Below, piece after piece: positions 1-8,960 of a stretch of 56,630 bases of DNA. The notes beneath the pieces are model-generated. The model searched no databases. It was given only the letters and a program-made list of their open reading frames with translations, and was not told the origin of the DNA. Both the position numbers and the translations under genes were made by a program. This DNA is from Thermomicrobiales bacterium (lineage in GTDB: Bacteria; Chloroflexota; Chloroflexia; Thermomicrobiales; CADCWN01), in NCBI GenBank assembly GCA_035708265.1, contig DASSSV010000347.1:1-56630 (forward strand). The letters run 5' to 3'. Positions within the stretch are counted from its first letter, which is position 1, and every line of letters starts with the position of its first letter.

Positions 1-804
1 GCCGAGCGTCACGGCCGCGCGCTTCCAGTCGACGATGTAGGGCGCGCAGCCGGCCGGGTCGCGCGGGAAGAGGAAGTTGCCGCGGTGGACGTCGCCGTGC
101 GTCAGGGTCAGGTGGCGCCGGCGCGCCTGCCGCCCCACCACCCGCGCCGGCACGCGCGCGCCGAGCGTGGCGTAGAGCGCGCGCCGATCGGCGGGGAGTT
201 GGTCGCCCAGCTCGGCGAGGAAGCGGGGCACCGCCTCGTCCGCCCAGGCGACGAACCCGGCGGTCGCCATGCCGGTGTGGCGCTCCGCCGCCCGCGCGTC
301 CTGGAGCGGCCCCGCCAGCCGCGCGTCGTCCCAGTAGCGGGCGTGGACCCGCGCCAGGGTATCGATCATCAGGTGGCACTCCGCCAGTGTCGGCGGGACC
401 GCGGAGTAGGGGCGGGCGACGTGGGTGGTCGCCGCGGGGTCGGCCAGCAGCAGGTGGAACCGGTCGACGTCGCCGCCGGCGTAGGCGGCGTCGTAGCAGC
501 GGACGAACGGGAGGTCGCTCGCGTCGCCGGCGACCGCCCGGTAGAAGGCGATCTCCGCCCGGTTGCGTCGCGGCATCCGCCGCTCCAGGTCGGGGTCGGC
601 GATCTTCAGGAAGAGGTGCGCCGGCGCGTCGGGCGGGGCATCGGCCGAGTAGCGCACGGCGAGGTGCGCGACCTGCGACGAGGCGCCGACTTCCCGGGCC
701 TCGATCGCGACCACGCTCCCCCGGGTGAGAGCACCGGCGCTGGCGAGCGTCGCGGTCAGCCAACTCGGCGTCGCCTGCGCGAGATCGTCCAGCGCCTCGG
801 ACAT
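1..804 (-). CDS. Phosphotransferase-family kinase (APH/choline-kinase-like); C-terminus runs off the window
   Basis: Reverse-strand frame starting at ATG 804 reads MSEALDDLAQ... It is absent from the ORF track because there is no stop in the window. It contains HGDVHRGNFLF and IVDW motifs typical of this kinase fold. Confidence 0.7.
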   Translation of the reverse strand, partial: MSEALDDLAQATPSWLTATLASAGALTRGSVVAIEAREVGASSQVAHLAVRYSADAPPDAPAHLFLKIADPDLERRMPRRNRAEIAFYRAVAGDASDLPFVRCYDAAYAGGDVDRFHLLLADPAATTHVARPYSAVPPTLAECHLMIDTLARVHARYWDDARLAGPLQDARAAERHTGMATAGFVAWADEAVPRFLAELGDQLPADRRALYATLGARVPARVVGRQARRRHLTLTHGDVHRGNFLFPRDPAGCAPYIVDWKRAAVTLG

Positions 805-902
805 ACATCCCCCCTTCGCCGCTCGATCCCATCCACGAAGCAGGCCACCGGCGATCATCGTCGCCGGTGGCCTGCTCCGCGTCCAGCCGGGGATCGCGCC
901 GC

Positions 903-1952
903 TCAGCCCGCGGTCGCCGCGGCGGGCGCGCCGGCCAGGTAGCGCGCCTCCCACTCGTCCAGCTCGGGCGTGAAGTAGCGCAGGCGCGTCTTCTTGAACT
1001 CGGTCGAGCTGTAGAGCGTGGCGTACTCGCGGATGCCGGTGCGCTCCTCGATCGCGTCGATCACCGCCTGGCACTCATCGGGCGTGCGGCCGTGGATCAT
1101 CGTGAAGACGCTGTAGGGCCAGTCCTCGTAGGTCGGGCGCTGGTAGCAGTGGCTGACCGAGCGGAAAGAGCCGAAGACCGGTCCGAGGTCGTCCATCCGC
1201 TCGTCCGGCACCTTCCAGACCGCCATCGCGTTGGCCTTGAAGCCGGCCTTGCGGTGGTAGAGCACCGCGGCCATGCGCCGGAAGTGGCCGATCTCCTTCA
1301 ACTCGGCGAGGCGCGCGAAGAGCGCGTCGAGGTCGAGTCCGAGGCGCGCGGCCATCGGCGTGAAGGGCTCCGCGACGAGCGGCAGGTTCTCCTGCAGCTC
1401 GCGGATGATCGCGATGTCGCCCTCGCCGAGGGCCTTCGGGCCGAGGTCGGTGCGCCTGGCGTCGCTGTAGTGCGGCTGCGCCTGCGCGCCAGCCGCCCGT
1501 TTGCCGGTCAGGTCCAGGTCGACGCCGATCTTGAAGAGGCGCAGCGTCGGCAGCATTCGCGCCTGCTCCGCGCCGGCCAGCTCCTTCAGCCGCTCGACCG
1601 TGCCGGCGAGGTCGTGCCCGGGCGGGACGGCGACGGTGAACCAGAGGTTGTACTCGTGGTTGCGCTTGTAGTTGTGCGTCACGCCCGGGTGGGTGTTGAC
1701 GACGAGCGCGCCCTCGACCAGCCGGTCGGCCGGGATGCGCATGGCCACCAGGCAGCTCTGGTAGCCGAGGCTGCGCGTGTCGAAGATCGCGCTGATCTGG
1801 CGGATGATGTTCCCGCGCTCCAGCCGCGCGACCCGCGCGATGACTTCGTCCTCGCCGATGCCGAGCTGCTCGCCGAGCGCCGCGAAGGGCCGCCGCATCA
1901 GCGGGAAGTCGTTCTGGATGATGTTGAGCAACTGCTGATCGAGTTCGTCCAT
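903..1952 (-). CDS. Siroheme decarboxylase, fused AhbA/AhbB (NirD/L-like, Lrp/AsnC-type) protein
   Basis: 349 aa with two tandem halves. Each half has the pattern FP..RPF..L...G..E.EV, then GYQS/FKANAMA, then PGVTHNY.R...YNLWFT, characteristic of AhbA/AhbB/NirDLGH proteins. Confidence 0.75.
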   Translation of the reverse strand: MDELDQQLLNIIQNDFPLMRRPFAALGEQLGIGEDEVIARVARLERGNIIRQISAIFDTRSLGYQSCLVAMRIPADRLVEGALVVNTHPGVTHNYKRNHEYNLWFTVAVPPGHDLAGTVERLKELAGAEQARMLPTLRLFKIGVDLDLTGKRAAGAQAQPHYSDARRTDLGPKALGEGDIAIIRELQENLPLVAEPFTPMAARLGLDLDALFARLAELKEIGHFRRMAAVLYHRKAGFKANAMAVWKVPDERMDDLGPVFGSFRSVSHCYQRPTYEDWPYSVFTMIHGRTPDECQAVIDAIEERTGIREYATLYSSTEFKKTRLRYFTPELDEWEARYLAGAPAAATAG

Positions 1953-1970
1953 CCCTGTCCCCTTGTAGTC

Positions 1971-2104
1971 GGCAGACGGCAGACGGCAGACGGTAGTACC
2001 GGCTTACGCTTGCCGACCGTGTCGGCTTACGGACGCCGCCTCTTCCATCCTCCGGCGTCCGACTGCCGTCTCCTCACTGCCGTCTGCCGTCTGCCGTCTG
2101 CCGC
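1971..2104. repeat. Inverted heptad arrays: GGCAGAC x3-4 (1971-1998) and CTGCCGT-type x6 (2063-2104)
   Basis: Tandem 7-nt units read directly. The two arms are reverse complements separated by about 64 nt. The right arm lies inside the 3' end of the HemQ ORF. Confidence 0.9.
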
Positions 2105-2885
2105 CCCCGTCCAGCGCGTCGAGCGCCACGCGGATCTCCTGCGCGATGCCGGTGAAGATCGGCACGTCCCGCTCGGTGTAACTGCTCGACCGCGAGCCGC
2201 GCAGTTCCTCGACCAGATCGAGGAAGTCCTCGGGGTAGTCCGACTCGAACGCGACGACGAATTCCTGGTCGTCCAGGCCGAACGAGTAGGACGTGTTGAT
2301 CTTCACTGTCGGGTAGCGGTGCCCGAGCTTGATGTGCTCGCGCATCGCCGAGTTGCGCTCCTCGAAGGGGAGCGAGTACCAGGGGCGCGCCTTGACCATC
2401 GGGTAGACGAAGAGGTACTTCGCCTCGCCCGGCACGACCGTCAGCCGCGAGCCCTCCTGCCCCTCGTGGACGTGGTCGCGGACGTACTGCGAGCGCTTGG
2501 TCATCGCCAGGTAGGAGTGCGTCACCGTCAGGTAGGCGCCCAGGCCGGTCCCGTAGATGTGCGAGAGGAGCGCGCTCTGCTCCTCCAGCGTGTCGGTCAC
2601 CGACCAGAGCATCAGGTCGGCCGCGGTGTGCATCCCGACGAGGTTGTAGGAGCGCAGCACGTAGCAGCGCGTCGCCTCTTCCTCGATCGTCGCGGCCAGT
2701 TCCGCCTTCTGCCGCGCGCGCTCCTCGGCCGGCAGGCGCCGCCAGACCGGGTCGGCGGCGAAGATCGTGTACTTGACGACCTGCCGCCGCTCGCGCGGCT
2801 CGCGACCCAGCCGCGCCTGCAACCCGTGGTCCACCTCGTCGCCGGCGTCCCCGCGCCCGTTCTCGCCGGCCCGATAGTCGCTCAC
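2004..2885 (-). CDS. hemQ: Coproheme decarboxylase HemQ/ChdC (chlorite dismutase family)
   Basis: 293 aa with a GTG start. It shows KYLFVYPMVKARPWYSLPFEERNSAMREHIKLGHRY and YSFGLDDQEFVVAFESD, matching actinobacterial-type HemQ. The last ~45 aa are translated from the heptad repeat region, so the true C-terminus is uncertain. Confidence 0.8.
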   Translation of the reverse strand: MSDYRAGENGRGDAGDEVDHGLQARLGREPRERRQVVKYTIFAADPVWRRLPAEERARQKAELAATIEEEATRCYVLRSYNLVGMHTAADLMLWSVTDTLEEQSALLSHIYGTGLGAYLTVTHSYLAMTKRSQYVRDHVHEGQEGSRLTVVPGEAKYLFVYPMVKARPWYSLPFEERNSAMREHIKLGHRYPTVKINTSYSFGLDDQEFVVAFESDYPEDFLDLVEELRGSRSSSYTERDVPIFTGIAQEIRVALDALDGGGRRQTADGSEETAVGRRRMEEAASVSRHGRQA

Positions 2886-2907
2886 CGTCCCCCTCCTCGG
2901 GTCCCAT

Positions 2908-2935
2908 CTGCCGTCTGCCGTCTATCGTCTACCTC
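2908..2935. repeat. Heptad array CTGCCGT CTGCCGT CTATCGT CTACCTC
   Basis: Four tandem 7-nt units lie between the HemQ start and the aldo/keto reductase stop. The stop codon complement CTA (2929-2931) is inside the last unit. Confidence 0.85.
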
Positions 2936-3975
2936 GCCGCCGGCACCGGCGTCCCTAGCGTGCCGGCGTCCGCCAGCTCGGCCGTCAGGCGGGCAACATC
3001 GACGTCGAAGTCGCGCGCGTGGAGGTCCGCGATGCGCCGCAGGTCGTCGGCGGTCAGGTCCGGGCAGTCGGGCGCGGCGGCGAACTCGACCAGTTGCGCC
3101 TCGTCGTAGATGTTCGGCTGGGCGGAGACGACGGTCGGCTCGGCCAGGACGAACTTGAGCGCGGCCTGCCCGATCGTCATCCCGCGCCCGGCGGTCAGCC
3201 AGTCGAGCGCCTTCAGTTTCTCCAGGCCGACGATCAGCCACTCGCGCTTGCGGTGGCGGCGGTGGTCGTTCTCGGGGAAGGTCGTCTCGGCGGTGTAGCG
3301 CCCTTCGAGCAGCCCCGACGAGTGCGGCACGCGGACGAGGACACCGGTCCCGGTCTCGCGCGCGACCGGGAAGAAGCGCCGGCCGGGGTCCTGCTCGAAG
3401 AGGTTGTAGATGATCTGGAGGGCGGTCAGCGGGCGGCGGCGCATGTCGCGGTCGCCGTCCTCGGTGCCGCCGATCGCCGGGCCGAGCGAGGCGCCGTAGT
3501 GGCGGATCTTGCCCTCCTGCTTCAGCCGGTCCAGCTCCTCGAAGGTCGCGTCGGCCTCGAACGCGGCGTGGCGCGGATTGTGGAGTTGATAGAGGTCGAT
3601 GTAATCGGTGCCGAGGCGGCGCAGGCTCTGCTCGAGCGCGAAGCGGATGAAGGTCGGTGAGAAATCCTGCGGGCGCTCCTGCTGGCCGCGGCGCTCGGTG
3701 TGGTGGTAGAAGTCGTAGCCGAACTTCGTGGCGATGACGACGTCGTGGCGGCGGCCGTGCTTCGTGAAGGCGTCGGCCAGGAGGGTCTCGCCGCGGCCGT
3801 CGCCGTAGGTGTCGCCGGTGTCGAAGAAGGTGACGCCGAGGTCGGCCGCGCGGCGCAGCAGGCCGACGGCGTCGTCGTCGCCGTAGTGGCCCCACCAGCC
3901 CGCGCTGACGGTCCAGACGCCGAAGCCGACCTCCGAGACGGTCAGGTCGGTCCCCGGGAAGGTACGGTACTTCAT
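2929..3975 (-). CDS. Aldo/keto reductase
   Basis: Start chosen at internal ATG 3975 ([22 protein letters not shown]...), preceded by a GGAGAGGGGGG Shine-Dalgarno. Typical AKR motifs are present ([25 protein letters not shown]). The longer track ORF (to 4227) is probably an upstream extension. Confidence 0.85.
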   Translation of the reverse strand: MKYRTFPGTDLTVSEVGFGVWTVSAGWWGHYGDDDAVGLLRRAADLGVTFFDTGDTYGDGRGETLLADAFTKHGRRHDVVIATKFGYDFYHHTERRGQQERPQDFSPTFIRFALEQSLRRLGTDYIDLYQLHNPRHAAFEADATFEELDRLKQEGKIRHYGASLGPAIGGTEDGDRDMRRRPLTALQIIYNLFEQDPGRRFFPVARETGTGVLVRVPHSSGLLEGRYTAETTFPENDHRRHRKREWLIVGLEKLKALDWLTAGRGMTIGQAALKFVLAEPTVVSAQPNIYDEAQLVEFAAAPDCPDLTADDLRRIADLHARDFDVDVARLTAELADAGTLGTPVPAAR

Positions 3976-4314
3976 CGTGGCTGCTCGCCCCCCTCTCCTG
4001 CCGTGTCCGCGGGCGCCGGCCGCGCCCGATGCACGATCGTACCATTGCCCGCCGACGTTTGCCAAACTACACCCAGGTTTGCCCAGATTCGGCGGGCGCC
4101 GTCTACCCCATACTCTACCGAGGGTCGCGTCTGGAGACACGGGCCGATCCCGACTACCGCCCGGCGGTACTCCTGTCCCAACCCCGTAGGTAATCGGTCC
4201 CGGTTCGCCCCACGGGCGCGCCACCATGCGCTACATTGGTTTCGGCAGGGAGCCGTAGCCCGCGGGGGCGATACGGCGGGACGGCGGGGCGCGAGGACCG
4301 GAGAGCGAGCCCAG

Positions 4315-6033
4315 GTGGACACCGCGACTGACGCCTTACTCGGCCAGACGATCGGCCGATATCGCCTCGAAGCCTTGATCGGGCAGGGCACGAGCGCGGC
4401 CGTCTACCGGGCGCGCGACCTCGTCGGCGGCGACCCGGTGGCACTGCGCGTCTTCGCCCGCGACGCGGCGGCCGACCAGGCATTCGGCGCCCGCTTCCGC
4501 AACGCCGCCGCCGCGGCCGCCGCCCTACGCCACCCCCACATCCTCCCGATCCTCGACTTCGGCGAGGACGGGGGCCGCGCCTACATCGCCCGCCCTTACC
4601 TCGCGGGGGGCTCGCTGCGCGGCCTGCTGGGGGCGCCGCTCCCGCTCGACCGGGTCGTCGGGCTGCTCCGCCCGATCGCCGACGCGCTCGACGACGCGCA
4701 CGCGCACGGCGTCGTCCACGGCGACCTCAAGCCCGGCAACCTGCTCCTCGCCGACGACGGCCGCCTGCTCCTGGCGGACCTCGGCACCGCCCACGCGCTG
4801 GCCGCGCGCAACAGCGTGGTCGCCGGCGCGCGGGGGCGCCACACCGGCACGCCGGAGTACCTGTCGCCCGAGCAGGCGCTCGGGCTGCCGCCGGACGGCC
4901 GGACCGACCTCTACGCGCTGGCGGTCATCGCCTACGAGGCGCTCACCGGCCGCCCGCCCTTCCGCGCGGCGGGGCCCGCCGACACGCCGCGGGCGCTCCT
5001 CCTGCGCCACCTCGACACCGCCCCGCCCCCGCCAAGCGCCCTGAACCCGGCCGTCGGCCCGGCGCTGGAGGCGGCGCTGCTGCGCGCGCTGGCCAAGGAC
5101 CCCGGCGCGCGCTTCCCTTCCGGCGCCGACTTCTTCGCGGCCCTGCTCGAGGCGCAGGCGGACGACGCCGCGGCCGCCCTCGCGGCGCTGACCAGCCAGC
5201 CGGCAGAGCCCAATTGCCGCGCGCGGGAAGAGCGAGACGCCGCCGCGGGACCGGGGAGCGGCGAGGACAGCGACGCCGCGCCGGTGGAAGGAGCGAGCGA
5301 CGTACCCCTCGGGGCCGGGGCGCACCGCGACGCGAGCGCCCCGGGCCGGCCCGGCGACGCCCGCCTCGCCGTCGCGCCGGCCGCGGCGCCCCATCCAGCC
5401 CGGGACGGCCGCCGGGGCGCCGAGCGGGCGCGCCGGACCTGGACGCCGTCGCGCTGGTGCTGGTGGGCGCTCGTCGCCTACGCGCTGGTCATGACCGCGC
5501 TGGCCATCGGTCGGGGGCCGGACGCGCTGGCCGGCGGGCGGCGCGACCCCGCGCCCGCGGCCGCCGTCCAGTCGAGTCCGGTCGCCAGCCCTGTCACCCC
5601 GACATCCACACGCGCCGCCACGGCCACGGCCACGGCGACATTCGCGCCGGTCGTCGCCCCGCCGACGGCGACCGCGACCCCGCGCCCGTCGCCCTCGCCC
5701 ACCGCGACGGCGACGGCCACCGCGCGCCCAGCGCCGTCGCCCACTACGACCGCGGTCCCGCCCACGGCCACACCGTCGCCCGTCCCGCCCACGCCGACGG
5801 CCACGGCGCCCCCCTTCGCCGCGACCGACCGCATCGGCGCGGGGCTCGTGGTCAACTTCCGGGCCGGGCCGGGCACCGACTACGCCATCGTCACCACCCT
5901 CGCGCCCGGCACGCCGCTCCGCGCCACCGGCGAGACCGCGACGGCCGACGGCGTCCTCTGGCGCCAGTTCGTCCTGGCCGACGGCCGCCCCGGTTGGGTC
6001 CGCGACCTCGACGTCGTGCCGGCCGGGACGTGA
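4315..6033 (+). CDS. Ser/Thr protein kinase with a TM segment, Pro/Thr/Ala-rich linker and C-terminal SH3b-like domain
   Basis: GTG 4315 follows GGAGAG. Kinase motifs are present: GQGTSAAVYRA, HGVVHGDLKPGNLLL, DLGTA, GTPEYLSPE. The TM segment is WWALVAYALVMTALAI. The tail GLVVNFRAGPGTDYAIVTTL...GWV resembles bacterial SH3. Confidence 0.85.
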   Translation: MDTATDALLGQTIGRYRLEALIGQGTSAAVYRARDLVGGDPVALRVFARDAAADQAFGARFRNAAAAAAALRHPHILPILDFGEDGGRAYIARPYLAGGSLRGLLGAPLPLDRVVGLLRPIADALDDAHAHGVVHGDLKPGNLLLADDGRLLLADLGTAHALAARNSVVAGARGRHTGTPEYLSPEQALGLPPDGRTDLYALAVIAYEALTGRPPFRAAGPADTPRALLLRHLDTAPPPPSALNPAVGPALEAALLRALAKDPGARFPSGADFFAALLEAQADDAAAALAALTSQPAEPNCRAREERDAAAGPGSGEDSDAAPVEGASDVPLGAGAHRDASAPGRPGDARLAVAPAAAPHPARDGRRGAERARRTWTPSRWCWWALVAYALVMTALAIGRGPDALAGGRRDPAPAAAVQSSPVASPVTPTSTRAATATATATFAPVVAPPTATATPRPSPSPTATATATARPAPSPTTTAVPPTATPSPVPPTPTATAPPFAATDRIGAGLVVNFRAGPGTDYAIVTTLAPGTPLRATGETATADGVLWRQFVLADGRPGWVRDLDVVPAGT

Positions 6034-6162
6034 GAGCGTGGGAGAGTGGGACCGTGGAGCGTGAGGGCGTGCTGAGAGTGCGCTGACCGCCTCGCTCTCG
6101 TAGGGGCCTGCGCCTACGAACCACGGCCCGCGGCCCTCGCTCTCGCGCTCCCACGCTCCCAC
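6033..6162. repeat. Long imperfect palindrome (GAGAGCGTGGGAGAGTGGGA... / ...GCGCTCCCACGCTCCCAC)
   Basis: A purine-rich left arm and a pyrimidine-rich right arm are partly complementary, and it sits intergenically after the kinase stop. It is weaker than the other palindromes. Confidence 0.4.
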
Positions 6163-6308
6163 CCCCCGCCCGCTCGCACGACCTGGCCCGCTTGTCCCTC
6201 CCGCCCGGGCCCTTTTTCCCATTGGCACGGCCTGGATGGGCCTGTACCCTGTGATGAGGCTGGCGCGGTGCCCAGCCCCGACACGCACGCGGAGAGCGAG
6301 AGCCCGAG

Positions 6309-8654
6309 GTGTATCGTCGACGCCCCACCCGGCCTTGCGCGCCACCCCCGGAGCGCGCCGACCGCGCCGGGGCCGGCGCGGCCACGTTGGATCACCACCT
6401 GCGGCGCAGTTCAGCCATCCTCTACGCGGTCGGCCTCGCCGTCGGGCTCTTCGTCAACAACACCCCCCTCGGCCGGGGCTTCAACCGCCTCGGCATCAAC
6501 CTCCTCGCCGTCTGCGCCCTGCTGTCGATCCTGGCCGTCTGGTACGTCCCCTGGCGCCGCTACCACCGCGACTGCTTCGCGCTCGTCACCGGCAGCGCCA
6601 TCGCCATCGTGGCCGTGCTCGTGCCCTGGAGCGGCGGCTGGCAGAGCCCCTTCACCGCCTATTACTTCTTCATCGTCGTCTTCGCCGCCCTCTACTATCG
6701 CCCGCCCCTCGCCCTGGCGCTCGGCCTGGCCGTCACCTTGGCCTGGCTGTCGCCGCTGCTCGGCGGGTATGCGCCGCCCGCGGGCCCCTACGCGCTGCCC
6801 CGGCTCCTGCTGATCGTCGGCGCGACCTCCCTGGCCATCGTCGTCGTCGCACAGGTGATGGCCGGGGAGATCCTGCGGCTCTACGGCGAGACGCTCGCGC
6901 GCCTCGAGGAGCGGGATCGGGTCAAGCGCGCGCTCGCCGAGAGCGAGCAGCGCTACCGCTCCCTGTTCGACCACAATCCCGACGCCGTCTTCTCCCTCGA
7001 CCCGGCCGGCCGCATCGTGAGCGCCAACGCCGCCATCGAGGCCCTCACCGGCTACTCCGTCGCCGAGGCCCTGGCGCTCGAGACGGCGCACCTCGTCGCG
7101 CCGGACGACCACGAGCGGATCCGGCGGCACTTCGCCGAGGCGCTCGCCGGCCGCGCCCAACACGTCGAGCTGGCGCTCCGCCACAAGCGCGGGCGGCCCG
7201 TCGACGCGCAGGTGACCCTGCTGCCGATCCGCGTCGACGGGCGGCTGGTCGGCGTCTTCGGCATCGCCAAGGACATCAGCGCCCGCCGCGCCTACGAGGA
7301 GCAGCTGCAGCACCAGGCGTTCCACGACCCGCTGACCGGGCTGCCCAACCGCGCCCTGTTCCTGGACCGCCTCGGGCACGCGCTCGACCACGCCCGGCGG
7401 CGGGGGGAGGGGGTCGCGGTCCTCTTCGTCGACCTCGACCGCTTCAAGGTCATCAACGACAGCCTCGGGCACGAGGCCGGGGACCTGCTGCTCATCGCGG
7501 TCGCCAACGCCCTCAAGGGCTGCCTCCGGCCGGAGGACACCGCCGCGCGGCTGGGCGGGGACGAGTTCACGGTCCTGCTGGAGCGGGTCGCCGACATCAC
7601 CGCGGCGGTGGCGGTCGCCGAGCGCATCCTGCGGGCCCTCCAGGCGCCGCTCGCGCTGAGCGGCTACGACCTCGTCGTCACGGGCAGCCTGGGGATCGCC
7701 CTCAGCACCCCCGAGCGGAATGACCCGGTCGAGCTGATGCGCCAGGCCGATGTGGCGCTCTATCGCGCCAAGGCGCAGGGGCGGGGCTGCTACCAGGTCT
7801 TCGACGCCACAATGAATGCCCGCGTGCTGGAGCGGCTGGAACTCGAGGCCGAGCTGCGGCGGGCGCTGGAGCGGGAGGAGTTCGTCGTCCACTACCAGCC
7901 GAAGGTCGCGCTGGCGACCGGCCGCCTGGAGGGGGTCGAGGCCCTGGTGCGCTGGCAGCACCCGGAGCGCGGCCTCCTCCCCCCGGCCGCGTTCATCGCG
8001 TTGGCAGAAGAGACCGGGCTGATCCGCCCGCTCGGGCGCTGGGTGCTCGTCGAAGCCTGCCGACAGGCGCGCGCCTGGCAGGCGCGGCACCCGGCCGGCC
8101 CGCCGCTGGTGATGGCGGTCAACCTGACCGCGCCGCAATTCCAGCAGCCGCACCTCGCGGCGGACATCGCGGCCATCCTGGCGGAGACGGGCCTGCCGCC
8201 GCACCTCTTGCAGTTGGAGATCACCGAGAGCGTGCTGATGGACGACGCGGCGGCCACGCTGGCGACGCTGGGGGCGCTCAAGCGCCTGGGGGTGCAACTC
8301 GCGATCGACGACTTCGGCACCGGCTACTCCAGCCTGGCCTACCTCAAGCGCTTCCCGGTCGACTGGCTCAAGGTCGACCGACGCTTCGTCGAGGGCCTGG
8401 GGACGGACGCCGAGGACACGGCGATCGTGCAGGCCGTGGTCAACCTGGCGGCGGCGCTCAAGCTGGCGGTGACCGCCGAGGGCGTGGAGACGGCCGACCA
8501 GGTGGCGCGCTTGCAGGCACTGGGCTGCGCCCTCGGGCAGGGCTTCTACTTCGCCCGGCCGCTCCCGGCCGCGGCGGTCGACGCGCTCCTGGCCGCCGGC
8601 CGCGACTGCTCGCCCCTGGCGAAGTACGAAGTACGAGTGGCGAGCGACGAGTGA
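6309..8654 (+). CDS. Membrane-anchored PAS-GGDEF-EAL protein (c-di-GMP cyclase/phosphodiesterase)
   Basis: Multi-TM N-terminus and a PAS-like region (SEQRYRSLFDHNPDAVFSLD). RLGGDEFTVLL gives the GGDEF motif; EALVRWQHP and QLEITES give the EAL motifs. The start is uncertain (GTG 6309 or downstream). The stop TGA 8652-8654 lies inside the heptad array. Confidence 0.85.
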   Translation: MYRRRPTRPCAPPPERADRAGAGAATLDHHLRRSSAILYAVGLAVGLFVNNTPLGRGFNRLGINLLAVCALLSILAVWYVPWRRYHRDCFALVTGSAIAIVAVLVPWSGGWQSPFTAYYFFIVVFAALYYRPPLALALGLAVTLAWLSPLLGGYAPPAGPYALPRLLLIVGATSLAIVVVAQVMAGEILRLYGETLARLEERDRVKRALAESEQRYRSLFDHNPDAVFSLDPAGRIVSANAAIEALTGYSVAEALALETAHLVAPDDHERIRRHFAEALAGRAQHVELALRHKRGRPVDAQVTLLPIRVDGRLVGVFGIAKDISARRAYEEQLQHQAFHDPLTGLPNRALFLDRLGHALDHARRRGEGVAVLFVDLDRFKVINDSLGHEAGDLLLIAVANALKGCLRPEDTAARLGGDEFTVLLERVADITAAVAVAERILRALQAPLALSGYDLVVTGSLGIALSTPERNDPVELMRQADVALYRAKAQGRGCYQVFDATMNARVLERLELEAELRRALEREEFVVHYQPKVALATGRLEGVEALVRWQHPERGLLPPAAFIALAEETGLIRPLGRWVLVEACRQARAWQARHPAGPPLVMAVNLTAPQFQQPHLAADIAAILAETGLPPHLLQLEITESVLMDDAAATLATLGALKRLGVQLAIDDFGTGYSSLAYLKRFPVDWLKVDRRFVEGLGTDAEDTAIVQAVVNLAAALKLAVTAEGVETADQVARLQALGCALGQGFYFARPLPAAAVDALLAAGRDCSPLAKYEVRVASDE

Positions 8655-8742
8655 CGAGCGATGAGTGGGGGGCGGGGGCTTCGCCGGGGCGACTCGTCGC
8701 TCATCGCCCATCGCTCGACACGCATTCGTCATTCGTACTTCG
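8621..8742. repeat. Heptad hairpin element: GAAGTAC/GAGCGAC/GAGTGAC/GAGCGAT arm and complementary CTCGTCG/CTCATCG/TTCGTCA/TTCGTAC arm
   Basis: Seven tandem 7-nt units (8621-8669), a G-rich loop, then a pyrimidine-rich arm (8691-8742) that is partly reverse-complementary. Confidence 0.85.
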
Positions 8743-8960
8743 GACGGGACGAACGGCCCGGCGCCGCAGGCCGTTCGTCGCGGCCGGAACGGGCAGAAAT
8801 CCCCTGGCCGGCGGGTGGGGGAAGTACTAGCCAGACGCGGCGGAATGGGGCATTGTGCCGGGGCATCGCACTCCCTATCGTAGGAGGGGCGGACGAACGG
8901 AATCCCGGCCGCGGCGGCGCCAAGGGCGGGTCGCGGCGGGACAGCGATAGGGCCAGACCG

